Shown: positions 1 through 12,479 of the stretch, piece after piece
Layout: every line of letters begins with the position of its first letter
Position numbering within the stretch: position 1 is the stretch's first letter
Assembly (NCBI RefSeq): GCF_018977255.1
Contig: NW_024704742.1
Coordinates: 43,278,001 to 43,338,000, forward strand
Origin: Callorhinchus milii
Taxonomy: Eukaryota
Direction: 5' to 3'
DNA: 60,000 nt
Program-made: the position numbers and the translations under genes
Notes under the pieces: model-generated
The model's database searches: none
What the model was told of the DNA's origin: nothing
The model's input: only the letters and a program-made list of their open reading frames with translations

Positions 1-249
1 TAATAACCTGAGGCATGATGAGAGCGGAACATCTCTTTCGTGGAAAGAAAAGCAAATGTGCTATGTAAGAGTGGAAGCATTGAGATTTCTATATAACTTT
101 TTAAGATATATATGTATGTCAGGAATAACCAAGGTAGATTATAGTATTGCAACTCCAAATTTGAAATGGAATTGGAAGAGAGACTCAGCATGGATCCATG
201 CTTGAAAGAAGAACCTTTTTTTTCCTATTAAAACTACAATGAATTGAAA

Positions 250-690
250 AAGGTGGTTGAAAGGACAATATGACCAAAGAGTTAGGTTCAAATGTTGCAT
301 TAGATAGGTAAGGCACAAACTACAGTACAACTTGTACTTGTGTTCTGTTGATGATAAGAATGGTAGACATGCCTGTCTGGTCTGTTTTAAAGTGATAAGA
401 GCAAAGCCAAACTGATGTGAGGTGACACATGCATCATGAAGTCCTATGTGGCTGTCTGTGTTAGATATTTTGTAAATTGGAACTACTTCAGTAATAAAAG
501 TTTCTAAAACGTAGCCTGCTGGAAATGCTGAGACTGTGTTTGAGTTCTGGAAAATGATGGCAGAAAGGGGGATAATTCATTGGAGGATATGATGCAGGGA
601 TGGAAAGAGAGGAGGGGAGGGATGGGAGCCTGTACTAAGACTTTAACCATACAAGCTTCCCTATACAAAATCTCCAGGTGTTTTGGTGTG
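250..690 (+). mobile_element. Highly degenerate non-LTR retrotransposon RT fragment (RTE-like)
   Basis: TTGTACTTGTGTTCTGTTGATGATAAG reads LYLCSVDDK, resembling the LYLCFVDYxKAFD motif. Downstream TTCTGGAAAATGATGGCAGAAAGGGG reads FWKMMAERG (LWxxMxEMG-like). No continuous ORF. Confidence 0.35.
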
Positions 691-722
691 ATTCTCATTT
701 TACTAATGGTTTAATTAGCTGC

Positions 723-1300
723 AACAACAACTTGTATGTATATAGCTCCCCTCATGCAGAGTAGCATTCCAGATCGCTTGACAGTGGTGGAGCATGACAA
801 CGAGCGAGGGGGAGGTGGGAGGTGATGGTCGATGAGGAAGGTCTTCAGGCACGATCTGAAGATGGGGAAGGAAGGGGCAAGGTGGAGGGATAGAAAAAGA
901 ATGTTCCAGAGTTTTGGGGTGTAGTGGCTGAAAGTGCGACCACCAATGGTGGAAGAGAGGGCACGAGGGACACGTAGGAGGCCGGAGCCAGTTGAGTTGT
1001 GGCAGCGGGTTGTGGGGTAAGCAGGTCAGAGAGGTAGGGAGGTGCCAAGGCATGAAGGGATTTGGAAACGAGTGTGAGGATCTTGAGGTCGATCCTACCG
1101 GCGATAGGGAGCCAGTGGAGCCTGGCTAGAACTGGTATGATGGGGGTACGGAGTTTAGTACGGGTGAGTATGTGGACGGTGGAGTATTGGATCAGCTGAA
1201 TTTTGTGGATGGTGGAACTGGGGAAACCAACAAGGAACACATTTGAATAATCAAAGCAGGAGGTGATGAGCGGGTGCATTTGCAGCTTTCAGCAAGGTTG
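723..1300 (-). mobile_element. L2 LINE 3' fragment (ORF2 C-terminus + tail), 5'-truncated
   Basis: ORF 845-1279 reads ITSCFDYSNVFLVGFP...KIQLIQYSTVHILTRTK...PVLARLHWLPIAGRIDLKILTLV, a typical L2 ORF2 C-terminus. The (CAA)n tail is at 723. Confidence 0.92.
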
Positions 1301-1521
1301 AAGCTAACAGTTTGACATTTGCGCAGATACAATACTTGTTGTATCTGACTGTTCCCTGTGGTAATTCTTAATATGAAAATTCACAAGTTTAGTAAGTCAC
1401 TTCTGGGTAAGTGTGTTAGAGATAACCAAGATGGCTGATAACATTGCACATCCAAGTTTGTATGAACTCAGGAAAGAAAATCAGATCCATGTTTAAAAAA
1501 ATAGGCTCCTTTGCCTATTAG

Positions 1522-1665
1522 AAACTGTGTGTAATTGGCTGCTGCTTTTCATCCACAAAACATACAGTCAATTAACTTTACAGTATATTCTGTTTAGAGC
1601 TTTGGGATGTCTTGAAGATGTGAAAAGGCGCTATATCAAATGCAAGGATTATTATTATTATTATA
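1522..1665 (+). mobile_element. SINE 3' fragment (young tRNA-Ala-headed family), ends in (ATT)n
   Basis: Matches the 3' half of the full-length copies at 18420 and 35105: CAGTCAATT.ACTTTACAGTATATTCTG...GGCGCTATATCAAATGCAAGG(ATT)n. Confidence 0.88.
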
Positions 1666-3675
1666 ATGAACTGAAAAAGATGGGTGAATAGTACCTATCT
1701 GTTAGGAAAATGAGTCTTTCTGTGGAAGCAAGATCTGAGAAAACCTCCAGAATGGTGGATGAGAATTGCCCCTATGTGCAAACATTCGGAATCAGGAATT
1801 CACATTCAAAGTAAAAACAATCTATTCAGTTCAGTCTCAAGGCTAATTTGCCTTCTACTGTATTAAGTATAGAATGAGAAAGACAATTCATCTCATCAAC
1901 GTGACTTCTTCCAATACACCTTGTGCATTGAAGTACATTAATTGACTGTTCCCAATTTATTTAATCTCCTAAGGGAGATGAGTAACTAAAGGTAAAACTC
2001 AACAAGATAAAGCTCTGACCTTCAAAAGTAAACTAGCAAAACTACAGGACATCAATCTGATATTGCAATCTATATTATTCAGATCTGATCAGTAACAATT
2101 CACAGATGACATTCCCGTGGTCCCAGCAGGACAAAGACGACAGCATTCTGCAAAGTCTTTGATCATCTATGTTTATCGTTATCTTTATAACCTTCAATTA
2201 CAATCTGAAACAGAAATGTATATAGCTCCTTTGGACATTTTAATTAACGTAGAATCAACTGCTATTAACGGACATCAAATCCTCATATCCACATTCGGTG
2301 GGAAAGGAATTCCAACTTCCAGTGTCATTTGAAGTATATTAATTTTGTATTCATATAGTTCTGCAATCAAGGTTTAATTAAATAACCTGCTTACACTTGC
2401 AGTGTCTAACATGTTAATAATAATTGGATCATGTCCTCTTTCACTAAAGTCTTGCTGCCTTTGCAGCCTTTAAATTGGATCCTGAGAAATTCAAAATTGA
2501 GCAGATGAAATGGTGGAAATCTAAATAAGAGGCATACGGTTTCACTTGTTGCCATGAAAGTGTTTATTATGGGCAATATCATCATGTGAACAGTATGATC
2601 AAGTTTCGCATGGGGTGCTAAAAAAAACTTAGGATTTATTCTATTGTTAATTCATTTCCCAAAGGGATAAATAATGCGGAATTCAGCAGGCGATAATAAG
2701 AGGTAATAAAAGCAGGAAAATAAGAGTTATTGCTAGGTTCACAAGCTTCTCTGCTTTTCAGATGGAATTGGGGAAGTTTGCTGTCACTGAATAGATTATC
2801 GAAGATATTTCCCATGCATTTGGCTACACTCCTGCATATAGAATAATTATGTACTTGCTTGCGGTCTGAACAATTTTCAATGTTGAAGGAAAAGTATATG
2901 TCGTGGCTGTGTGTGATGGCTGAATCGATCTGCTGAAGATAAATGGTGTGATGAGGGAATTTCTCCAGTGACTTCAAAGATTTTTCAGTGCCCAGGATCA
3001 ACCAAGACCCGAGGGGGCTCTTGGATATGTGCTCTTCTCTGTGCTAATTATTTTCTTTTCACACACATTTCCTGCAGATTTTGCTGTGAATGGAATCAAG
3101 CAACAATCCTCAAATTAACTCAAGATTATTTGGAGATTATGTGAAGCGCACACTGTATAAACAAATGTCACAAACCCATTTTTAATCATTCACATGACCC
3201 TCTGGAGATCACATTGAACTTCCTTGTGGTTCAGTGCATTGTTTAACGCCAAGAAAATATGTTGACAAACTTGACTATCCAGATGCTTTCATTAAGGGCT
3301 GGGGTATGTGCAGTTCCAAGAGCAGGTATATGTTGACAAGTCCCTCAGATAACACTCTATTACAGAGGAAGGGCTACAATCTGTCAGACCAGGAAGTCTA
3401 GGTCTGCAGACAGGTCAGATTGCCACAGTGCCTGTAGTTCTAAGATGAGAAATATTTGGGGTCAGCTGTGAGCATGGTACAATATTAATTGGAGAGAATA
3501 CAAGGACTACCAGTGCAAGACAACTTGAAAGTGTTTGCTAGACTCACAAGGTTGAGATTGAGGAACCTGGGTGAAGGGTTGAGACCCGTGGCATATGTAT
3601 TATTAAATGTTAAAAAATGTTATTAAATGTAAGTATTATTTTGTTGCGTTACTAGTGAGACTATTAGGGCTTATT

Positions 3676-3912
3676 ATTCCAAGTATATTTTGTTGGGGAA
3701 CGTTATTGACCTGATGCCCCTGCCAACAATCTCCCAGATAAAATTGATCATTGACTTCACTGCTGTTTGTGGGACATTGTTGTGCACAAAATGGCTGCCA
3801 TATTTGCCAACAAAATTCACAGTCACTACATTGTACAGTAAATCCTGTGAAGTGCTTTGAAATATTCTGACGTGACAAGGCACTATATCAAATGTAAGTT
3901 TATTGTTATTAG
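3676..3912 (+). mobile_element. Old Deu-domain SINE, 3' half
   Basis: GCTGTTTGTGGGACATTGTTGTGCACAAAATGGCTGCC...GGCACTATATCAAATGTAAG, homologous to the full-length copy at 10620-11018. Confidence 0.82.
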
Positions 3913-6359
3913 TAATAGTATTTATATATCCTAACAGTTCAATGAACTGCAGTGACATCCCTTTTGGATTCAAAAGCTCTATTCAGCCAATTGGGTTTAT
4001 AAATTTGACTTTTTAATTGGATATGTAAATCTTAGCCATCTAATCAAATGACTATTTTTTCACACACAAAAAAATAGTGCTGGCTTGTTGCAATGCATAT
4101 AGATTTATTCAGGTTTGAATTTACATTGGGGAATTGCATTCCAATATCCAAATATAATAGGATTTTCAATGCAGCATGGTTAAAATTATAACATGTGTAC
4201 CTAACTATAGAATAATGTTATCTTAAATAAAATAAATTTGCATGATAAAAGTTTATAACATAGCTGATAGTTTATTTTCCCTTTGGTCGGGTCCCAGCAA
4301 ATTTCAACACATGCAATATTTGAACTCTAAGGAAAGTATTTTCTGTGTTATAAATTAAAAAAGAAACATGTCAATCTATACACCAGAAAATGGAAAACAT
4401 ATTTAAAGCCTCTTTCCATCTATTTATAAAATATTGACAGCTCTTCCACAAATGAAACCTTTTCACCTCTATGTACTACAATGACATAATTATTATCTGG
4501 AGTATTTTCTGTAAATGCACAAAGCTTGCCAATTGAGATCCAAATCTATAACAGATCAATCTCTGGATTAAAACCTGACCCCAAATTTAGTCAGATCAAT
4601 GAGTCTATTTTCAGATTCACGGTATATAAACCCTAGGTAAAGAGAGAGAAGTAAGCTTCTGCGCAATGGTCAGGTGGTCCTCTTGGAGTTTGGCAAACTG
4701 AAAGTATAACAAGGAATAACTTCAAAGTTGAGAGCCGTGTGAATTATTTTCAGATCACTGCATTCATTACAAATGCAGGTAAATAGGGAAAAAGATATTC
4801 AACACATCGATCAGTGGAAGATTTAATTCTACAGAGTCTGACTAATTCCTTATTTCCCATCATTGTAGATTAATTGTCTTATAGATTTTTTTCTTCCAGA
4901 TCTTGCTACTGTAAAACCCTCAACACTAAATTATTTATACACTACAAGGAACTGAATTTAAATCAGAGTCAAAATCAAGAGTAGCCTTGCTATTATTACT
5001 TGCCAAGTAGCCACTCCAAACAGCCTAATGAGTCTCAAATCTGTTAAGCTTTTGTTTTACAACCACCATGCTGGGCAGTTGAGGAGTTATTGCCAAGAAA
5101 GCGCAAGCTAATTGAAAGACGATGCATTGTGTTGTCATAAACAGCCTGCTGTAGTTTTTATGTTAGAATGGAAAGTAGAAACGCGACCCTCTTGACATCC
5201 ACTGGCCAATCTAACATTGTCAGACGGAGGGTGGGGAGCTTTAAGAAAGGAAAGTTTGTGTTCCCTTCCTTCCGATAGTAACATGTAAATCCATTCAGTC
5301 AATGAAATGGACTTTGAAAACACTATATGACGGATTAAATTACACTTTTTTAAAATCTCCGAACAATGCTCTTTTTCAGGAAGAAACAGTCCAGTATTGA
5401 GTCCTGTTCCCAGGATGAGAGAACCAATAGGTAATCTGTCTCACTGTATCCTTCCAAGATCTTTATCACTGTTTTCCATTAGCTGGAGGTAAGTGAGTGC
5501 TATTGTATGGCCTTGTCAATAGATTTAAAACACATAAGACTTTGAGAGCTATTCTTATGATTTAAATGTTATCATTGTGATCCTGAATGCGTGTGTGTAA
5601 TGGAGAAAAGATTGATGTTCAACCTTGCATTCTTCATCACGGATATAATGTAAGGATTCATTTTGACTGCATACTTCATTACGACAGACATTGTATTAAA
5701 TGCCTAAAAGAAGTACGTTTGTACATACGCTTGATGCCCTTCTAGTGACATCATGTTGCTGTGTGCATGCAATGATGTCATTATTCCCACAAGCCTCCTT
5801 TGTAAGGGTAAAACAGCGTTTACTTTCACCTTCTCATTTCATGCCTGGGTAATTAGATCCTTCACTGTCACAGTTTCGTTCCCAATTCTATTCCCTCTGA
5901 GAATGTAAAAAATATTTATCCAGTCTCTGATACAAATTTAGCTCACTACAACAGCACCCTCACTGTAGTTCTCCTCCAAGTCAGCACAATCGATCATAAA
6001 TGCCTGTCTTTTTTATTTTAGAAATCACAGCATTGGTTTATCAAAAAACTTCTCAAACATATAACAGCCTTCAGTCAATGCCACTTCTTTGCATCAAAGG
6101 GCTAATTTCAGTTCAATACTGCAGTTAACATATATACAGACCTAGTTAATGATTAACAAAACATAACATGTTTTTAGTCAATGTGAAGAGCCATAATGGA
6201 ATTGCTGTGCTACAGTGAAGTGCTAGTTTAAGCTAGAATCTTTCAAGTATCTGTCATTCTAATTGTTTTACATTTAAAATCTCCCTTAGGCATATTCACT
6301 CAAAAGCACTTTTGCAAATTGCGAAAAACTGTTGAAAAGTATTATTCGAGGATCTAATA

Positions 6360-7050
6360 AAAATTCCTATGGATCAGCTCACCCTAAATGCAAATAAAAC
6401 CAAAGAGGTTTTATTCAGTTCACCCCAATCTCTTGCCAAAGAAGGCCCCATAGTAAATATACATAAATAACATTAACCTTGACAGTGTTAACTCAGTAAA
6501 ATTCCAATCCATATTGTTAAACAGTCCTTTAAAGATTACATTACTAAACCGATCAGAGTGATATTGGGAAGAATAGCTTTTTTAAACAAAAGGTGCATTG
6601 TATTATTTCTTATACAGGAAGCAGCAATTATAGCATAGGATGCACTAATTCTGCTTCACTTGCATTTTACTGATGCCGCCAGAAAACACTGCTCAAGTAA
6701 TCAGTCGCTGCAAGAACCACTAATATTGCAAAGTAAGCTATATTAAATTGTAATCTCAGAAAAGGCAAAGAAATAACCTTTGCAAGATCTATCAGCTACC
6801 ATGATCCCCTGTCGACCGGAGAAGACGTACCTTAAGCTGCACTAAAACACAAATACGTATTACACAGATTCTATTCCTACTTACCTAGCAGAAAGATTTA
6901 AGTCACTGGTACCTAATTGTACTGGCAAACCAACAAGAGCCAAATCAATGTATTATTCAGCTCCTGTTTGCCACTGTAAATAACACAAGTTCTAAAAACC
7001 ACAACCTAAAATTATGAACAAAATCCCTCTGGACCTACTGCTAGCATAAC
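6360..7050 (+). mobile_element. Very old CR1/L2-clade LINE ORF2 C-terminal remnant
   Basis: Frame reads DQLTLNANKTKEVLFSS (NxLxLNxxKTxxMxF motif), later ALILLHLHF (SLILPHLDY-like). Many stops. Confidence 0.6.
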
Positions 7051-7471
7051 TGAATTGTGTACTTGAGGCATTTACATGGATTCAGATTTCTCTGTATATT
7101 CTGTACTTACGAATCTTAGATGTGTGTACTTACAATGCGAAATTCCTAGAATAAGCAACCACTCACCATTCAAAGTCAGAAAATGCATCAGAAAGTGGAG
7201 AATATTATGCCTTGTGTGTAAGACTGGTAAATTTACCAACAACTAGAGAATCACCTCCCCTGACTGAGCCCATGATATAGCAGATTGTATATAATGTATG
7301 AAGCAATAGGTATAAGAAGCCAGGTGGCCTTTCATGTTTCATGTTTTCTTATATAAGGAAGTATTTGTAAATCTAATCAATGAATTAAATAGTGAAATGT
7401 ATCTAAATTGTCAAAATCATTAGGTTAGTTTCTAAACATTAATAGCCTATTATCCTACAGTTACAGTTTGG

Positions 7472-8060
7472 ATCATAGAAAAACAGTAAGAGAAGCCATT
7501 CAGCCCATCAAGCTTGTTTTCAACAGGTCATTAGACTTTGGCAGATCTTTTGTTTCCAATGCTCTGCCATTTTACCAGAAGCCTTCATACCTCTTCTAAC
7601 CAAGTAACTGTGTATCTCTCATTTAAGAATTTCTATTAATTCCACCTATATAGGTTTTTAGGGCAGAACATACTACATCTCCACAACCCTCTGTGTGAAG
7701 AAATACTTTCTGATCTCAGTTCTAGCATGTCCTAATTTAAGGCTTTGCCCCCTTGAAATGGATCCCTCTTCCAGAGGGAAACGTTATTCAGTTGTTGTTC
7801 CAGTGAATTTAACCTCAGTATCTCATCATACCTAAGCCTCTTCAGAGCCAAAGTATTAATATAGTGAACTAAAGCTGGACACTCTCCAAGGCGAGTATAT
7901 CCTTCCTAAAATTAGGTTCCCAAAACTGAATGTAGAACTCTAAATGAGGTTGACCAATATAGTTGGAGGAGCACCTCCTTACTTTTATGTTCCAGATCTC
8001 TTGTAATGAAGACCGGATTCCGATTTGCTTTATTGACTGTTTTCTGCATCTGGAAATGTA
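7472..8060 (-). mobile_element. Old CR1 LINE 3' fragment
   Basis: Starts with a CR1 3' end in reverse (ATCATAGAAA...GAAGCCATTCAGCCCATC), followed by CACAACCCTCTGTGTGAAGAA (FFTQRVV) and CCCAAAACTGAATG (IQFW) in reverse. Confidence 0.8.
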
Positions 8061-8689
8061 AGTGATCTATGGACTAGATCCCTTTGTTAATCTACCCTTC
8101 CTAGTGCTTCCCCAAACACCTTTAAAGTTGAATTCAGTACCTACACTTAAAGAACACTTGGAAATTAACCAGAAACAACCAATTTTTAAGGGTCCAAAAT
8201 ACTTTGCTGTTAACCTCCACCCTTATTATTTTGTGATTAAAAATATGCTTAAGGTTAAACAATTTAATTTAAGATGGATGGTGCGTATTAGTAATGCATG
8301 TACACTTAGCAAGCAGGTCATTGCTGGAATCACCTCGGACATCTGAACCACCTCATTTGTTATTTTTTAATGTATGAGATTATTCTGTTCAGCCTTTTTC
8401 ATAAAAAGGTTATTTTTCTTCCAGTTGACAGATTTTGGCCATTTGCAATTAAATGCTTGCAATGCCTCTCCTCTCATATTAAGGCCACAATTTTATACAG
8501 GATCTTGACCAAATAACTTGACCAAATGGGTGTCAATAAATGAACAGAAGAGGTCTGATCAGCACTCTGTACAGGACTTCATTTGCTGAATTACTTACTC
8601 GCTTTTATATTCAGAACTTCACGTGATAAAACCTATCGTCCCATTAGTCTTTTTGATTGCTTTCTGCACCTGTGAACTACCTTTTAATG

Positions 8690-8970
8690 ACTTATGAACC
8701 TGGATCCTCAATCTCTTTAGCTATCTATTTCCACCCACCCTCCCCTGTGCTTCCCAAATGTATTCCCATCTGCTGTTTTTCTGTCCAAAGTATACTGCCT
8801 CCCACTTTGCTATATTCAATTGTATCTGCCAATGTTCTGCCCACTCACTAAATCTGGCTTTATATGTAACTTTCTGTTCCATTTTCCACAGCTTCTTCAG
8901 TTGATTTGAATACACTCCATGCCTTACAAAATGTGGATTTTCAGTTTCCAGAACCGTAATGTGTGTTTCC
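8690..8970 (-). mobile_element. Old CR1 RT fragment
   Basis: ORF 8721-8975 contains EWAEHWQIQLNIAKWEAVYFGQKN (CR1 WAxxWQMxFNxxKCxVxHFGxxN motif). Confidence 0.8.
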
Positions 8971-9009
8971 CCCAAGAAGGATTGTTCTGATAAAAGTGTT
9001 AAAATAATT

Positions 9010-9240
9010 AGGATGAAAGGATTTAAAAACTGGAACTGAGTTCAATGGAGCAGAGAAGGTTAAGTGAGCTCCAATTGGAGCGTTGAAAATTATGAAAGGG
9101 TAAATAGTGAAAGATTATTTCCACTAGCAGGTGAATCGGTCACAGGAGGGTATAAACTCAATGTGACATCCATAATACAAAGGGTCTTTCAAGAACAAAT
9201 TAGATAGATTTCTGTTAGGAAATAATATCTCAGGATACAG
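9010..9240 (+). mobile_element. Old CR1 3' fragment
   Basis: GGAGCAGAGAAGGTTAAG...AAAATTATGAAAGGG...TTATTTCCACT (EQRRL...KIMKG...LFP). Confidence 0.7.
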
Positions 9241-9534
9241 TGTATAGTTTGGGGCACGCTGTGTACTGTCAGGATGGTGGAAGGTGAACTGGAGGGTGTT
9301 ATTGGAATTTCTAGCACTCTCTGAAAGCAACAATATCTTGGAAGCAAAGTAAGTAGTCCGTCCAGCTCCTTCCAGTGGCACTGGCCATGGGCAGGACAAG
9401 GTGCCTGCAATGTGGTTTTGGCACTGTCAACCTGTATGTATGTTCCCCAGAGATTGGAGTAAGGTCCGCAGCTGAAAAGAAAAATCTGATGCTCGTGGCT
9501 TGGAACCACACGTGCAAATTCCCATGCTCACTGA

Positions 9535-9908
9535 TTTCGACAGGCTAAATAAGGAAAAGCTGTTTCCACTGGTAGGCGTGTCTGTGACCCATGGTCACAG
9601 TCTTAAGATATCTACCAAAAGAAGCAGAGGGGAGGCTAGAAGAATTTTTTTCACTCAGTGAATTGTTCGAATTTGGAATGATCTGCCTGAAAGGGTAGTG
9701 AAGTCTGATTCAATAACAGCTTTTAAGAGAGAACTGTATAGGTATCTGGGGAAGACGGGTTTGCAGGGTTATGGGGAGAAAGCTGGTGATTGGGGTTAGT
9801 GAAAGTGACTTGCTCTGTCAAAGAGCCGGCACAGACTCGATGGGCCGAATGGCCTCCTTCTCTTCCGTAACATTCTATGAATCTTCTATGAATCTATGAA
9901 TCTATGAA
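9535..9908 (+). mobile_element. Young CR1 LINE 3' end with (ATCTATGA)n tail
   Basis: FDRLNKEKLFPLVG...GHSLKI...FFTQ...WNDLPERVV...FKREL. The 3' UTR has GATGGGCCGAATGGCCTCCTTCT and a tandem tail. Near-identical to 20658-21023. Apparent ATTTC target-site duplication. Confidence 0.95.
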
Positions 9909-10619
9909 TTTCAATGTGGCCGCTGGTGTTTTGGATTCTGTACTGCAATGTAAACAGGTCAGCACCAGCAGACTCAGGCTACTCAGAACCTGTTCTATTT
10001 AAGGGAGTTCTGAACTACTCAGAAACAACAAAATCTCGTAAATTAATAGTGCCAGCTTGAATGTGAGATGCATCTGATTTAATAATGAAAACTTTGCTGC
10101 TGGTAGAGGCTACTTTTGACCAACAGCTAAATCACAGGGGCAAAAATATTGACTTTGAACTTAGTTGGTGATATTGCCTGAAACTTAAAATGTAGAGCAC
10201 CTTTGAAATATTTTGACTCGCCAGTGAGCAGTGGCTACCTTTCACCAAGGTAAAAAGCAGCACAAATCTAACAGCATGTCTATTTCGGTATTCTGAGTCT
10301 ATCTTGCTACAGGCTTGTTTATTTCTTTGCGATACAGTCTGATTTATAAAATTCGAAAATAGAATAATGTACTAGTTGAGATTTCTGCAAATACCAAAAG
10401 CTATTTAATTTGTAATATTTGAATTGCAAAATGATTAATTGCAAATTCCAAAAGCTAGGAAAGTGGAAAAAAGTTTACAGAGCAAATTACCAACAGTCCC
10501 TTTTGCTCCCTGATTTTTTTCGGTACTTTGTCAGTTTAAGGAAATTATTATCATAAGTAAAATACACCTGCCGTTACTTGACCGAAAAGTTTATTTTCCC
10601 TTTCATAAAAATAAAAATA

Positions 10620-11018
10620 ATAACTCTTGCATTTGATATAGCACCTTATCACATCGTCAAGATGTCTCAAAGCCCTTCACAGGAATTACTGTAAAGTACA
10701 CTGATTACATTTGTGAGTGAGGCAGCCAAATCAGGACACAGCAATGTCCCACAAATAGCCATGAAGTGAATGAGTAATTTTATCTGGGGATTGTTGGCCA
10801 GGATATTGGGTGAAGTTCCCTTCTCTTTTTGAATAGTGCAATGGGATCTTCGATGTCCACTTGAACAGGGAGTCAGAAATTCAGTTTAAAGACTCAACTG
10901 ACATGCTGACAATACCATGCTCCCCCAGCACTGCAATGGAGCATCAATCCGCAATCTCCTTGATCCCACAACCTTCTGATTCAGAGGTAAGAGTGCTACC
11001 TACTGAGCCAGGCTAGAC
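10620..11018 (-). mobile_element. Near full-length old tRNA-derived Deu-domain SINE (SacSINE1/DeuSINE-like)
   Basis: Minus-strand head TGGCTCAGTAGGTAGCACTCTTACCTCTGAATCAGAAGGTTGTGGGATCAAG (A/B boxes). Central GAATAGTGCAATGGGATCTTCGATGTCCAC is Deu-like. L2-type tail GCTATATCAAATGCAAG. Confidence 0.85.
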
Positions 11019-11269
11019 CTTGCTTTCGTCAGGCAATTAATTATTTAGCGAATATGACAAGTTAATCCTTAGTGCAAGGATTTTGATATTCGCAGCCAGA
11101 AGTCACATCAGATTTGGTTTCTGATTATTGCAGAATGTGTTCCTTGTGTTCCGGTGCTGAAGGCACAGTCCGGGTTAAATAACTTGCCTGCATCCACAGA
11201 TCATTTGCCTTTCCTCTCAGCATTTTAGTTCAAATCACACCTCCGCTCAATCTTCTTTACTCTGATGAA

Positions 11270-11560
11270 AACAAGGTCAATTTCTCTGAATTTCTTTTCA
11301 TAATTTAAGAGCCTTAATTCTTGTAATCATTCTTGCTGTTGTACTCTGAACCCTCTCCAATGCATCATCGCCCTTTTGAAGGTAGGGTGCCCAAATTTTC
11401 ACACAATATTCCAAATATGGTGAGATAACTTGTTTTGAATTAGTCAAATGCCCTTGAGATGCAACCATGTTGATGACAGCTTCACATTGACTGAATGCTC
11501 TCAGTCAATGGTGAATAATCGTACCCAAATCGTATTCCATCTTCACTAATGGACATCTCT
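11270..11560 (-). mobile_element. Old CR1 fragment
   Basis: CTCTGAACCCTCTCCAATGC...GGTGCCCAAATTTTCACACAATATTCCA in reverse reads EYCVKIWAP...ALERVQ. Confidence 0.75.
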
Positions 11561-11899
11561 TCATCATGTGCCTTTTACTAGAGAGTGGCACCTCCTATAA
11601 CATACAGTATTTTTCTTAGACTTTCAAAAAACCTTTGAGAAAGTTTCATGAATAGGCTTTTAATTAAGCTAAAACACAGGAATATGGCTTAGATTGTGAG
11701 GCTGAATAAAAAAGTGATTAGAAAATACCAGACACAGAGCACCAAACACATGAGCAACATAACATCAGTAGGAGTGGGGAAGCCCTGAGTGAACTCCTAA
11801 AAAAAAATCTAAGCTTGGAACAAGAAGGTGAAAAATGAGATGTATCATAATTATCCTGTTGAATCTGTCAAGGCACAATGGAATTTCAGCTGATATTTA

Positions 11900-12200
11900 T
11901 TGACAGGCTTCAAATGGGAACACTTGGGAGAATTTTTTTCACACGCAGAACAATTAGTACATAGAATCCCCCAACCCCTCCCTTCAGGGGCGGTGGTTGA
12001 AGCAGAATCCATCTCAACTTTAAAGGGGATATCTAAAAGGGAACTCAATAGATATCTAAAGGGGAGTCAGGGTGTCAACTACAGGGGAATGGGGAAATGG
12101 CATGTAAATGGGACTGAAAAGATTGTTCTTAAAAAAGCCAACACGGGTACGATGGGCTGAATGATCTTAATCAGTGCTGTAAAGTTATATGGTTTTAGGG
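11900..12200 (+). mobile_element. Old CR1 3' end
   Basis: ORF 11900-12160 contains LPSGAVVEAESISTLKG..KRELNRYL. 3' UTR GATGGGCTGAATG. Confidence 0.75.
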
Positions 12201-12479
12201 TTTCTGACTTCAGCACAATAGTTGGATCTGAAGCTGGTTCCAGAATTTTGTGCCACCATCTTGGATTTGTACCTAATCATTGTGCCCAAAATGACAAGAT
12301 GCCCACCCCAAAAGTTGCCAATAATTATAACCTGAAATTCCGTTAATTCTTATTAGCTTCCATGCACATTTGACCCTGTTATGAAACATCCCATTTTCCA
12401 CCCCCTTTTTGTAAACTATTTAAGCCACCTGAATATCAAAGCCAACCACAAAATGGTCACACGCAATAGAGATAAAGGA

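Noticed and set aside
2090..2205. Minus-strand acceptor and short peptide ECCRLCPAGT (TNFR-like)
   Set aside because: All frames from the acceptor stop within 14 codons, and the Cys motif lies in a 25-codon ORF without the rest of the domain.
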